A stretch of 64,000 nucleotides of DNA from Macrostomum lignano (taxonomy: Eukaryota), in contig NIVC01000420.1 of the NCBI GenBank assembly GCA_002269645.1, forward strand, positions 186,001-250,000, written 5' to 3'. The notes beneath the pieces are model-generated. The model did no database searches, was not told where the DNA came from, and was given only the letters and a program-made list of their open reading frames with translations. A program made the translations under genes and the position numbers. This document shows, piece after piece, positions 36,874 to 49,529 of the stretch (position 1 is the stretch's first letter; each line of letters opens with the position of its first letter).

Positions 36874-37689
36874 CTCAACCCTAACCTCCTTTTAGTCATA
36901 AATCTTTCCCAATTACCCATATTCTCAGCCTTGAACGTTATCTGCCTGTCCGAGCTTGTCAAGTTTCTATGCATACTGTTATAATATAATTGTAATAATT
37001 GTATTACTTAGCCCTCTACTCTCTCTCTCGCTGCCAACCCTATTTGAATTAGGGTCTAAAACACCAAATAGAAAATTCATAGTTATATAGATAAGAGAGA
37101 GCATTTTCCAGTTTCTTATTAAGTAGCAACTAATTCGCGCAATTTAGACTCGGCTTAGAAGTGAATGTTTATGAGAATTTTCTTCCTTCAACTTGGCTGT
37201 CTCATTTCATTTATTATAATTTGTAAAATTGTCTATCTTTCTATTTTGTAATGACAGACTGACAAACAAACAGCAGCACCTATTTATTATTAGCTGCAGT
37301 GTGCAATCAATCCCTCCATATCCCCAGTTAAAACTGCTACTTAATGCTACTAATAGTAATATAAAAAGATTTGTCAATTTTCTTGTTTTTTATACTAAAA
37401 ATGCAAGGTTTCATTTGCTCAGATAATCAACAGCAAGATACTAAATATTAATACTATATAATTACTGCCGCTGCTATATAAGGTCACTTTGTGAATGAAT
37501 GCCCCAAACCCCCTACAGAGAATAAATTACATAATGACGAAATGCCAAAAGCCTATCTATTCTAAATGTCTACTTTGCACACATTCACATATTTTCGGAG
37601 AATTCCAACTTTTATTTGAATTTCTTGCTATTAAATTGACTTACTAACATGGTTAGGGCGGTTTTAAAAGACAGATGCTGAGAGAATAG

Positions 37690-38185
37690 ATGGTGCGATG
37701 AAAGCTGGTGGGAAAGGAGATGAGACGTGGGGAGAAGAGATGAGGAGAGAAGAGAAGATGAGAGGTGAAGGAGAGGGAAGATAGGGGTAGAGGGAGGGGA
37801 GGGGAGATGAGAGATGGGGACAGGGGAGATGAGAGGTGGGGAGGGGAGATGAGAGGTGGGGGAGGGGAGATGAGAGATGGGGAGAGGGATGATGAGAGGT
37901 AGGGAGAGGGAAAATGAGAGATGGGGAGAGGGGAGATGAGAGATGGGGAGAGTTAAGATGAGAGATGAGAAGAGGTGGGATATGAGGTGAGGGGAGATGA
38001 GAGATGGGGAGAAAGGAGATGAGAGGTGGGGAGAGTGGAAATGAGATATGGGGAGAGGTAAGATGAGGGGTCGGGAGAGGAGAGATGAGAGATGGGGAGA
38101 GGGGAGATGAAAGGTGGGGAGAGCGGAGATGAGATATGAAGAGAGATAAGATGAGGTAGGGGAGAGGGGAGATGAGAGATGTGAA
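37690..38185. repeat. GA-rich low-complexity repeat
   Basis: Visible directly. Confidence 0.85.
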
Positions 38186-38834
38186 GAGGAAATGTATACA
38201 GTACTGGAAAATTACTTAAGGCAAACACAAGCTGACTAGCTGGAGCAGGCATTCATCACTTTTCAACTCTTGCTATACGTCGATCTTGACGAAATCGATT
38301 TGTCGTACGACCAATTATTTATGGATATGGAGCCAGCTCAAGATGCTTGATAATAATACTGACGGCTGAAGATTTACAACGACACCTGGACGACATATAA
38401 AGGCATCTCGTTCCCAGGCTCGACTTATGGCTGAGACTCCTCAGTGATGGCACTATCCCTAGTTTTGTCTCTGGTTGTCTCCAGCTCTTAACAGATTGAC
38501 GTTCGCGTTGAACCCTTTTGGATCGACAGGTCCAGAATACCGTACCACCTGCTGAGAAAAACAAACGTTCTGTCCACAAGGCGGAGATTGTCGGTGAGAG
38601 GGTTGTGGTGTTGTTTAAGTGATTGTATTAAAAAATTCGATGAACCTTGGTTGAAGCGAATTGATCAAACTGTTACTTGCTATTATCTTGATTATTTGCT
38701 ATTTTGTACGAGCTATTAAATATATGTTTGCCTTTCTGAAGACACTTTTGCTTTACGTTTCTTACGGACCATTGTGCCTAGTTTCGTTTGGGCCACAAAC
38801 GATTGCGTAGACGATTGCATCAGATGTGCCAACA

Positions 38835-40047
38835 AGCCCATTATCTATATAATGGTCCTGACAGCAAGCCCATTATCTATATAATGGTCCTGACAGCAAG
38901 CCCATTTTCTAGATAATGGTCCTGACAGCAAGCCCATTATCTATATAATGGTCCTGACAGCAAGCCCATTTTCTATATAATGGTCCTGACAGCAAGCCCA
39001 TTATCTATATAATGGTCCTGACAGCAAGCCCATTTTCTAGATAATGGTCCTGACAGCAAGCCCATTATCTATATAATGGTCCTGACAGCAAGCCCATTTT
39101 CTAGATAATGGTCCTGACAGCAAGCCCATTTTCTAGATAATGGTCCAGTGATACTTGAGTGCGGCCATAGACAAGCCCATTTTCTAGATAATGGTCCAGT
39201 GATACTTGAGTGCGGCCATAGACAAGCCCATTTTCTAGATAATGGTCCAGTGATACTTGAGTGCGGCCATAGACAAGCCCATTTTCTAGATAATGGTCCA
39301 GTGATACTTGAGTGCGGCCATAGACAAGCCCATTTTCTAGATAATGGTCCAGTGATACTTGAGTGCGGCCATAGACAAGCCCATTTTCTAGATAATGGTC
39401 CAGTGATACTTGAGTGCGGCCATAGACAAGCCCATTTTCTAGATAATGGTCCAGTGATACTTGAGTGCGGCCATAGACAAGCCCATTTTCTAGATAATGG
39501 TCCAGTGATACTTGAGTGCGGCCATAGACAAGCCCATTTTCTAGATAATGGTCCAGTGATACTTGAGTGCGGCCATAGACAAGCCCATTTTCTAGATAAT
39601 GGTCCAGTGATACTTGAGTGCGGCCATAGACAAGCCCATTTTCTAGATAATGGTCCAGTGATACTTGAGTGCGGCCATAGACAAGCCCATTTTCTAGATA
39701 ATGGTCCAGTGATACTTGAGTGCGGCCATAGACAAGCCCATTTTCTAGATAATGGTCCAGTGATACTTGAGTGCGGCCATAGACAAGCCCATTTTCTAGA
39801 TAATGGTCCAGTGATACTTGAGTGCGGCCATAGACAAGCCCATTTTCTAGATAATGGTCCAGTGATACTTGAGTGCGGCCATAGACAAGCCCATTTTCTA
39901 GATAATGGTCCAGTGATACTTGAGTGCGGCCATAGACAAGCCCATTTTCTAGATAATGGTCCAGTGATACTTGAGTGCGGCCATAGACAAGCCCATTTTC
40001 TAGATAATGGTCCAGTGATACTTGAGTGCGGCCATAGACAAGCCCAT
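38835..40047. repeat. Composite array: 32-bp units (about 38835-39140) followed by about 18 near-identical 51-bp units
   Basis: 51-bp unit ATGGTCCAGTGATACTTGAGTGCGGCCATAGACAAGCCCATTTTCTAGATA; this produces the ILECGHRQAHFLDNGPV ORF. Confidence 0.96.
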
Positions 40048-40999
40048 TCCCGAAAAATAACGGACCATTATACGAGCTTTTTTGGCGTAAGTGGAGTTTA
40101 CTTACTCAAAAAACTGCACACAGAGAAAAGCCATAGACAAAATGGGGCATTGAGTTTTGGATAATCTGGTTGTGATAGTCGATAAAGCAAATCTAATATA
40201 TTCTCACTCAGAAACTCAAAAGATTATCCTGTGTAAAAAATCGATTCATTTAAATTGAGGCTGTCACATTGGACGATGGCAATGGACGATATAATGAGAT
40301 TAATCTGTCAAAAAGTCAATTAATTGATAAGACAATTAGGTCAGATTAGCACAGTCATTAGCTTATCAGTAGAGACAATAAAATAAGAAGTGTACAGAAC
40401 ACATCACTGATTTTAAAAAAGCAATATATCAATCTAAATAAAGTGAGAACAGAAGCATACATTCGAGGGTATGTACAGAGTAAAAAGGTAAAAAAGTTGA
40501 AAGTAATAATTAAAAAACAGACAATATACCAAATAAAATATCCATCACTCAGTAAGAATCATTCTATCGGATCAATATAAAATCAATAAAAACGGATTAT
40601 TCATGGAAAATGGTTTTGTTAATCATTTATGATTTGAGCAGCGCAGATAGATCTGGATATAAAGGTCGCTTCATTAATGTCTATTGTTTAGGTTATAATA
40701 TCGCTTTTTTGGCAGCAGTAGGTTTAGTCTGGCCCATAGACATAAAGCTCCAAAAATGTCTTGAAAACTGAGTGAGAGAGAGAGAGTCAAGTGACAGAGG
40801 TCCTTCTTTGTGCCGAGGTCTATGCCCGAACTATCAACTTGGTTGCCTTTTTCCTTTGTCTATGGGCAAGACCGATTCTACATGTACTTCTGCCAAGTGT
40901 GGCCAATAGCACAGGGTTCGGCGAATCCGGCCTTCGGGTCCTTTGAAATTTCACAATAGCAATCCGGACCGCTCAATATTCATGTTTCTTTTCAGCTGT

Positions 41000-41525
41000 T
41001 TCTTCTCTCTCCCTTCTCCTCTCTTGTTTCCTCTCTCCTCCCCTCTCTCCTTATCCCATCTCTTCTCCCCCCTCTCCTCTTACCTCTCCTCACTTCCCCT
41101 TCCCCTCTTCTCTCCCCCTTCCCCTCTTCTCCCCCCTTCCCCTCTTCTCTCCCCTTCCCCTCTTCTCTCCCCTTCCCCTCTTCTCTTCCCCTTCCCCTCT
41201 TCTCTCCCCTTCCCCTCTTCTCTTCCCCTTCCCCTCTTCTCTCCCCTTCCCCTCTTCTCCCCCTTCCCCTCTTCTCTCCCCTTCCCCTCTTCTCTCCCCT
41301 TCCCCTCTTCTCTTCCCCTTCCCTCTTCTCTCCCCCTTCCCCTCTTCTCCCCCTTCCCCTCTTCTCTCCCCCTTCCCCTCTTCTCTTCCCCTTCCCCTCT
41401 TCTCTCCCCCTTCCCCTCTTCTCTCCCCTTCCCCTCTTCTCTCCCCTTCCCCTCTTCTCTCCCCCTTCCCCTCTTCTCTCCCCTTCCCCTCTTCTCTCCC
41501 CCTTCCCTCTCTCCTCTCCCTCTTC
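41000..41525. repeat. CT-rich repeat (CCCCTTCCCCTCTTCTCT)n
   Basis: Visible directly. Confidence 0.9.
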
Positions 41526-41791
41526 TCTAAACTTATCTTCTGCCTTATCTTTCATCCCATCTCTCGTCTCTCCTCCCGAGAGCTCGTAATCCCTCTCCTT
41601 TTGTTTTCTTTCTATAAAGCTGATTTCTTTAAATCTGGCCCTCGGGGTAAATTGTAAGTTTGCCGAACCCTATTTTAGCATCTTACTGCAATATCTGCGC
41701 GCATAGACAATAGCAATTAAAAATCACAATGCAGCTGTCTTATGTTAATCTGGTTAATCTAAAAATTGATAAAATCTAGAAAACAATCTGA

Positions 41792-42391
41792 TCAAAGCGG
41801 CAGCTGCCAGAATCCGCAACAGGCGATGCTGTAAGCGGTGAGGTCTGGGAACAGCGCCGTGGATCTGTTAGGATTGTCCGGCGCCATCTGTTGCAATTGG
41901 CGCCAATAGCGCCAGAGCGCCAATCGAGACAGGCGCGTCAGACTGGCTGGCTGATTGAGTCCAGCCTCCCATTCTGCATCAAATAATAATTTAGCGCAGC
42001 GGCGGCCAGCCGGCGCCAGGCTGCTAGTTGGCGCCGCGGCGCCAGGCGCCAGGTGTGTCGGATTGGCGCCGAATTCCAACAGGACGCGCGCAACTTCGGC
42101 GTGATCGCGCCTGAGCGCAATGTGCAGCGCCGTGCAGCCCAGATGGCCGGCATCGACGTTGGCACCGCTACGGAGCAGCGCCGCGGCGGCTTCAGGCCGG
42201 TTGTACAGCGCCGCCAAGTGCAGCGGCGTCATGCGCTGGGCGTTGCGACTGCCGGGCCATTGGCCGGCCGCCAGCAGCCGGCACACTTCGTCCGGACGGT
42301 TCGCCTTCACCGCCAAGTGCAGCGGTGTATCGGAACGAAACGACGCCGGCGCCGGCGGTGCGAGCGGCGGCGATGCCGGAGCCTGCGGCGC
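41792..42391 (-). CDS. Ankyrin-repeat/SOCS-box (ASB-like) coding exon with no start codon of its own
   Basis: Acceptor AACTTTCAG|GCG at 42391, phase 0, open for 199 codons. Ankyrin motifs DTPLHLAV, MTPLHLAA and CTALHIAL..LLEFGANP; BC-box-like PASLTRLSRLALW. Confidence 0.75.
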   Translation of the reverse strand, partial: APQAPASPPLAPPAPASFRSDTPLHLAVKANRPDEVCRLLAAGQWPGSRNAQRMTPLHLAALYNRPEAAAALLRSGANVDAGHLGCTALHIALRRDHAEVARVLLEFGANPTHLAPGAAAPTSSLAPAGRRCAKLLFDAEWEAGLNQPASLTRLSRLALWRYWRQLQQMAPDNPNRSTALFPDLTAYSIACCGFWQLPL

Positions 42392-42469
42392 CTGAAAGTT
42401 TGAGTTCGATTGGAAAGTCCTCGAAGGTCCTTGTTATCCTTCAGGACACCCGCTGTCGCTTCAGGGTTA

Positions 42470-42670
42470 GAGTCGCTAATCCTTCAGGCAGCCCGATTCC
42501 GCTTCAGGGGAGGAGTGGCTAATCCTTCAGGCAGCCCGCTTCCGCTTCAGGGGAAGAGTGGCTAATCCTTCAGGCAACCCGCTTCCGCTTCAGGGGAAGA
42601 GTGGCTAATCCTTCAGGCCAGCCAGATTCCGCTTCAGGGTTAGAGTCGCTAATCCTTCAGACAGCCCGCT
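42470..42670. repeat. About 41-bp tandem repeat (AATCCTTCAGGCAGCCCGCTTCCGCTTCAGGGGAAGAGTGGCT-like)
   Basis: About 5 units visible. Confidence 0.8.
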
Positions 42671-43029
42671 CCTAACCTCTTAACTTTCGGTCTTTCAGGC
42701 AAGATGCAAATAAAAGTACTTTTGAGTACACATGCCAATCACAGAAAAAGCAAAAATATGAATGAAATCTTTTATTTGAAGAGCCAGTGTTCTAAATATG
42801 TTACTTGAAGTAGTTTAATGTAATAATGCCAATAACGATTGTAAAAATGCTCGAAATTCTATAGAACTATATCGAGGCTATACTGATGCTTAATGACACA
42901 AAACAATGTTTCAAAATATGTAAAATAATGAAAATGACTATGAAACAGTTTACAGATGTCATATACTCGTATAAGCGAAAAAGGCAAAAATTCTTTAATG
43001 CCCTAAAAAGAAATCGAGAAATCGAGTTT

Positions 43030-45440
43030 GAAATCCTTCAAGACTCCAAGGAATCTAACAGGATTCCGATAATCCCTACAGGATTCCGTTAATCCCTACA
43101 GGATTCTGTAAATCCCTTCAGAATTCCGATAATCCCTACAGGATTCCGATAATCCCTACAGGATTCCGATAATCTCTACAGGATGTATATAATCTTTGTC
43201 TGTTCTTTTGGCTCCCATGGCAGAGAAAGGCCGAGGACGCTGTTCTCAGGCCGAGGCGAAGCCGAGTTCTCAGTTCTGACTGAGACTGAGAGCCTGAGCC
43301 TGAAGGATTAGCCTTAGAATTGCGTCCTCGGCCTTTCTCTGCCACAGGAACCAAAAGAACAGACGAAGATCGTACTTAATCTACAGATTTTGGAAGCGAC
43401 TGGGAGTGGGAGAGAGGTATTCGTCAAAAGCGGGGGTGTGGGGGCGCAGCCCCCCACATTTAACCATAGACAAAAATTAAAGTAAAAGATTCAATGCTTA
43501 AATTAAAAGCGAGAAAGGAAAGGTTTGGGCAGCTAGAGGAAATAAGAGAGAACTGAGAATCATTGAACACGACTTGGAACTCGCTTTCGACTGGTTGAAT
43601 GACATTGAATTGAGAGAAAACGAGGCTTCTATATTTGCTTTACTGTCCGATAACGAGGTTGCTGAAAGGATTGACGACTATTTGACGACTGGTTTCAGGA
43701 GAGGCAAACCAAACTGCTTCATGGAGACGCCTGCGGTCTATCTGTGTCTACCTATCGGCCGGCATACTCTCGACTCCAATTGTGGCGAATATCACCAAAC
43801 CCGTGTCTACGGATGGTAAATTCTCAAACCAGTCTCCAAGGAAGACTTGTGCCAGCAGGTTGCATCGGGCTGGACTGGCTAGGGACGATACAGCCCGCGT
43901 CACTGGACATTCGTCCAACGCAATAGAGAGGTACATACGGCTAGACGTCCAGGACCATTCGCGTATGACCTACGCTCTACACGCCGGAGGAGCCGTGGAG
44001 TCCAATGGGCGGACCAATGAGCAAGATGTCGTGTCTGAGTACTACCAAGAAGATGCGCATGACTGTCCACGGTGACACCAACAGCGTAGAAATCATGTTC
44101 GAGTAAATCGGCAAGAATGAATCGGTCTTTACTGCTGTTGATAGTTTATACTTCTAATGGACTAACTGACAAATTATAGTCGTTCTAAAATATTCTCAGG
44201 CCTTGTTCTTAGGCCTGTTAACCGGTTAACAGGACTCGTTTTGAGTTCTCAGGCTTAGTTTTTTAGTGAGGTTTGGCCATAGACTATCGTTCCACTAGAA
44301 AAGAAGGAGCCTAGGAATTTAGTGTGAACCGTCATATCTGTAGGTTAATCCGATAATCTCTACAGGATTCCGATAATCCCTACAGGATTCCGATAATCCC
44401 TACAGGATTCCGATAATCTCTACAGGATTCCGATAATCCCTACAGGATTCCGATAATCCCCTTCAGGATTCCAATTATCCCTACAGGATTCCGATAATCC
44501 CTACAGGATTCCGATAATCCCTACAGGATTCCAATTATTCCAACAGAATTCCGATAATCCCTACAGGATTCTGATAATCCCTACAGGATTCCGATAATCC
44601 CCTTCAGGATTCCAATAATCCCTACAGGATTCCGATAATCCCTACAGGATTCCGATAATCCCCTTCAGGATTCCGATAATCCCCTACAGGATTCCGATAA
44701 TCCCTACAGGATTCCGATAATCCCTACAGGATTCCGATAATCCCCTTCAGGATTCCAATAATCCCTACAGGATTCCGATAATCCCTACAGGATTTCGATA
44801 ATCCCTACAGGATTCCGATAATCCCTACAGGATTCCGATAATCCCTACAGGATTCCGATAATCCCTACAGGATTCCGATAATCCCCTTCAGGATTCCGAT
44901 AATCCCCTTCAGGATTCCGATAATCCCCTTCAGGATTCCAATAATCCCTACAGGATTCCGATAATCCCTACAGGATTCCGATAATCCCTACAGGATTTCG
45001 ATAATCCCTACAGGATTCCGATAATCCCTACAGGATTCCGATAATCCCCTTCAGGATTCCGATAACCCCTACAGGATTCCGATAATCCCCTTCAAGATTC
45101 CGATAACCCCTACAGGATTCCGATAATCCCTACAGGATTCCGATAATCCCCTTCAGGATTCCGATAATCCCTTCATGTTTCCGATAATCCCTACAAGATT
45201 CTGTTAATCCGTTCAGGATTCCGATAATCCCTACAGGATTCCGATAATCCCTACAGGATTCCGATAATCCCCTTCGGGATTCCGATAATCCCTTCATGTT
45301 TCTGATAATCCCTACAATATTCTGTTAATCTCTTCAGGATTCAGATAATCCTTTTCAGGATTCCGATAATCCCTACAGGATTCCAATTATTCCAACAGAA
45401 TTCCGATTATACGTACAGGATTCCGACAATCCCTACAGGA
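43030..45440. repeat. 20-bp minisatellite ATAATCCCTACAGGATTCCG, interrupted at about 43190-44345 by an insertion
   Basis: The same unit occurs at 43030-43185 and 44348-45440. Confidence 0.9.
43574..44075 (+). pseudogene. Degenerate Crypton-type (DUF3504-like) tyrosine recombinase fragment
   Basis: Two overlapping frames give ..VYLCLPIGRHTL / IVANITKPVSTDGKFSNQSPRKTCASRLHRAGL..VTGHSSNAIERY. This resembles the family pattern WY..P(I/V)G.NTL..FTNHSLR.T.AT.L..AG..TGH.S..Y. It carries a frameshift and an H-to-Q change. Confidence 0.65.
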
Positions 45441-45563
45441 TTGTCCATGGGTTCGAATCCGTGCAGGCGGATAAATTTGGGGCTCGAGGAGCGTGTAACT
45501 ACTCATACGAGTATCCAATAGATTTCGTATCTCTAAATGAATCGATTCAACAAGGCCGACTGG

Positions 45564-48438
45564 TCAGGCTGGCAGCTGGGCGGCGGGCAGTCGGCAGCAG
45601 ACGTAGTTCAGCAAGCACGCTGGCAGACTCCGCAGCAGGGCTTCGCACAGCTCCGGCCCGCTGCCGCCGCGCCTCAAATTTTGCCACCGAAGCCACAGCG
45701 CCCGCATCGACAGACGTCGAAGACTCGGCGCCAATCTGGCGGCCTCCTCGGCGGCAGCGAGCAGCTCGGCGGCCTCCGAGCCGGGTGCCGCCATCTGCCG
45801 GGGCCGCCGGCCGTCGCTGGCCGCTAGGCGGGGGTCGGCGCCGAAGGCTAGCAGGACGCGAATGACGGACGGTCGGGCCTGCCTAGCGGCCACGTGCAGC
45901 GGAGTGGTGTGCCGGCAGGGCGAGTCCAGGCGGGCACCGGAGCGGGCCAGCACCAGCGCGGCTGCGGGCCGGCCGTGCCAGGCTGCGTAGTGCAGCGGCG
46001 CGCCCAGGTGACCATCGAATTTGTCAGGAGCGGCGCCGCGGTCCAGGAGCAGCTGGGAATGATGAGGAGGCGGAGCGGTGATACTGAGTAGTCACCATTC
46101 ACCCAACATCATTCACCAATCGCTCACTCATCATCCAATATTCACTCAAGATTCACCATTCACCGACTCTAATCTACTATTCACCCACCCAACTTCACCA
46201 CTCTAATTCACTATTCACCCACCCAACTTCACCATTCTAATTCACTATTCACACACTCAGCTTCAATATTCACACACTCAGCTTCACCACTCTAATTCAC
46301 TATTCACCCACCCAACTTCACCACTCTAATCTACTATTCACCCACCCAACTTCACCACTCTAATTCACTATTCACCCACCCAACTTCACCATTCTAATTC
46401 ACTATTCACACACTCAGCTTCAATATTCACACACTCAGCTTCACCACTCTAATTCACTATTCACCCACCCAACTTCACCACTCTAATTCACTATTCACCC
46501 ACCCAACTTCACCATTCTAATTCACTATTCACACACTCAGCTTCACCATTCACACACTCAACTTCACCACTCTAATTCACTATTCACCAACTCAACTTCA
46601 CCATTCACAGACTCTAATTTACTATTCACCCACCCAACTTCACCACTCTAATCTACTATTCACCCACCCAACTTCACCACTCTAATTCACTATTCACCCA
46701 CCCAACTTCACCACTCTAATCTACTATTCACCCACCCAACTTCACCACTCTAATTCACTATTCACCCACCCAACTTCACCACTCTAATTCACTATTCACA
46801 CACTCAGCTTCACCATTCACACACTCTAATTCACTATTCACCAAATCAACTTCACCATTCACCGACTCTAATCTACTATTCACCCACCCAACTTCACCAC
46901 TCTAATTCACTATTCACACACCCAACTTCACCATTCACCCACACTAATTCACCATTCACCCACTCAATTTCACCATTTACCCAGTCGAATTCAACCTTCA
47001 CACACTAATTCACCATTCACCCACATATTATTCACCATTCACCCACCATCATTCACCATTCACCCACCATCATTCACCATTCACCCATCATCATTCACCA
47101 TTCACCCACCATTCACCCACCATCATTCACCATTCACCTAACTTCACCACTCTAATTCACTATTCACCAACTCAACTTCACCATTCACCGACTCTAATCC
47201 ACTATTCACCCACCCAACTTCATCACTCTAATATACTATCCACCCATCCAACTTCACCACTCTAATTCACTATTCACACACTCAACTTCACCATTCTAAT
47301 TCACCATTCACACACTCTAATTCACTATTCACCAACTCAACTTCACCATTCACCGACTCTAGTCTACTATTCACCCACCCAACTGCACCACTCTAATTCA
47401 CTATTCACACACTATTCACACACTCAGCTTCACCATTCACACACTTATCTACTATTCACACACCCAACTTCACCACTCTAATCTACTATTCACCCACCCA
47501 ACTTCACCACTCTAATTCACTATTCACACACTCAACTTCACCATTCACCCTCTCTAATTCACTATTCACACACCCAACTTCACCATTCACCCACACTAAT
47601 TCACCATTCACCCACTCAATTTCACCATTTACCCAGTCGAATTCAACCTTGACACACTAATTCACCATTCACCCACATATTATTCACCATTCACCCACCA
47701 TCATTCACCATTCACCCACCATCATTCACCATTCACCCACCATCATTCACCATTCACCCACCATCATTCACCATTCACCCACCATCATTCACCATTCACC
47801 CACCATCATTCACCATTCACCCACCATCATTCACCATTCACCCACCATCATTCACCATTCACCCACCATCATTCACCATTCACCCACCATCATTCACCAT
47901 TCACCCACCATCGTTCACCATTCACCCACCATCGTTCACCATTCACCCACCATCGTTCACCATTCACCCACCATCGTTCACCATTCACCCACCATCGTTC
48001 ACCATTCACCCACCATCGTTCACCATTCACCCACCCGCTCACCTGCAGAGCGGCGGCATGCCCAGCGGCGGCGGCCTCATGCGCCGGGCCAGTCAGGGCG
48101 AATCGCGGTGAAATCCAGGCGCCCCGATCGAGCAGCAGGCGGACCAACGCCGAGCATCCGCTGGCAGCGGCATCGCACAGCGGTGTCGCGCCGTCGATGT
48201 TCTCCCGGTTGACGCCGGCCCCGTTGGCCAGCAGGTAGCGAGCGGCCTCAAGGTTGCCGGCCTGGCAGGCCAGGTGCAGCGCCGTGTTGCCGTCGGCGTC
48301 GCAATCGTCGATGTGCCGGTCGCCATCGATGAGCGGCAGCAGCCGGGAGCGGTCGGCTGCGTCGGTGGCCATCGCGTGGTCAAGCAGGACTCCGGCGGTG
48401 GACTCCCGGCCGTAGAGGGCCGGCACGCAGCCAGACAT
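45564..48438 (-). CDS. Ankyrin repeat and SOCS box protein, ASB13-like (ASB5/9/11/13 group), 2 exons, 294 aa
   Basis: Exons 48043-48438 and 45564-46052, phase 0, GTGAGC...CCCAG. NIDGATPLCDAAASG (compare ASB13 NIDGSTPLCDACASG), GAPLHYAA, TTPLHVAA. SOCS box APSLRRLSMRAL...LPACLLNYV. Confidence 0.85.
46090..48036. repeat. Composite TTCACC-rich minisatellite filling the ASB13-like intron
   Basis: Units such as TTCACCACTCTAATTCACTATTCACCCACCCAAC and 21-bp CACCATTCACCCACCATCATT. Confidence 0.92.
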
Positions 48439-48499
48439 TGAGGACTCCGACTGGGACGAGGCTGACTATTGACTACTGCTGAAGCTATGATAAGAGGCT

Positions 48500-49075
48500 T
48501 GGATTAGGCTCAAGATACTGGATCTCACCCCTGAGACTAAGCTTAAGATACTGGATCTCACCCCCTGAGACTAAGCTCAAGATACTGGATCTCACGCCTG
48601 AGACTAAGCTCCAGATGCTGGATCTCACCCCTGAGACTAAGCTCCAGATACTGGATCTCACCCCTGAGACTAAGCTAAAGATACTGGATCTCACGCCTGA
48701 GACTAAGCTCAAGATACTGGATCTCACGCCTGAGACTAAGCTCAAGATACTGGATCTCACCCCTGAGACTAAGCTCCAGATACTGGATCTCACGCCTGAG
48801 ACTAAGCTCCAGATACTGGATCTCACGCCTGAGACTAAGCTCCAGATACTGGATCTCACGCCTGAGACTAAGCTCCAGATACTGGATCTCACGCCTGAGA
48901 CTAAGCTCCAGATACTGGATCTCACCCATGGGACTAAGCTCTTGATACTGGATCTTACCACGAGACTAAGCTCAAGAGACTGGATCTCACCTATGAGACA
49001 GCTCTAGATACTGGATCTCACCCCTGAGACTAAACTGAAGATATTGGATATCATCCCTAAGACTAAGCTCTAGAT
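48500..49075. repeat. 33-bp minisatellite GATACTGGATCTCAC(C/G)CCTGAGACTAAGCTCCA
   Basis: Visible directly. Confidence 0.93.
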
Positions 49076-49529
49076 TTTGAATCTGACTCTGAAACAAATA
49101 AAAATTTAATAGATTCTCCCCATGGAAATGAACTTAGAGACAAACAGATCATTCTAGTCAGCAATTTTAAACAATAAGTTGTCAAATTTAGCAGCAAAAT
49201 TGTTTTTTATGTTACATATATAATTATACAGTTTGTTAAGATTGCTAGACTGGTCATTAAAAACTATGATAAGAAGATTAAGCGACAAAGAATAATTTTT
49301 CTGACAAAGGGACTAGGAAGGGCTAAGTGTGGCTTCAGACCGCAAAAAGTCACTTCCAAAATGAGAAAAAAAATGACACTGTCACCAAAGAAGAGATTTC
49401 ATTAAAAGTATAAAAAATATAATTATCCCATCACTCAGAAAACTTTTAGAAATTGTCGGAAAAATCACCCACTTTTTGAATACTCACTCGTTCACTAAGG
49501 TATTTGTTCAATGTTCAACCACCATTGTT

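Noticed and set aside
38250-38760. Possible retroelement 3' end
   Set aside because: There are stops in the frames examined and no RT, integrase or LTR signature that I could identify.
39148-40164. 338-aa ORF of perfect 17-aa repeats (ILECGHRQAHFLDNGPV), superficially a repeat protein or CRISPR-like array
   Set aside because: It is a stop-free frame of a 51-bp tandem repeat. There are no unique spacers, no cas genes and no non-repeat domain.
40727-40872. Short inverted repeat GTCTGGCCCATAGACA / TGTCTATGGGCAAGAC
   Set aside because: Possibly MITE termini, but the arms are short, with no TSD and no second full copy in the window.
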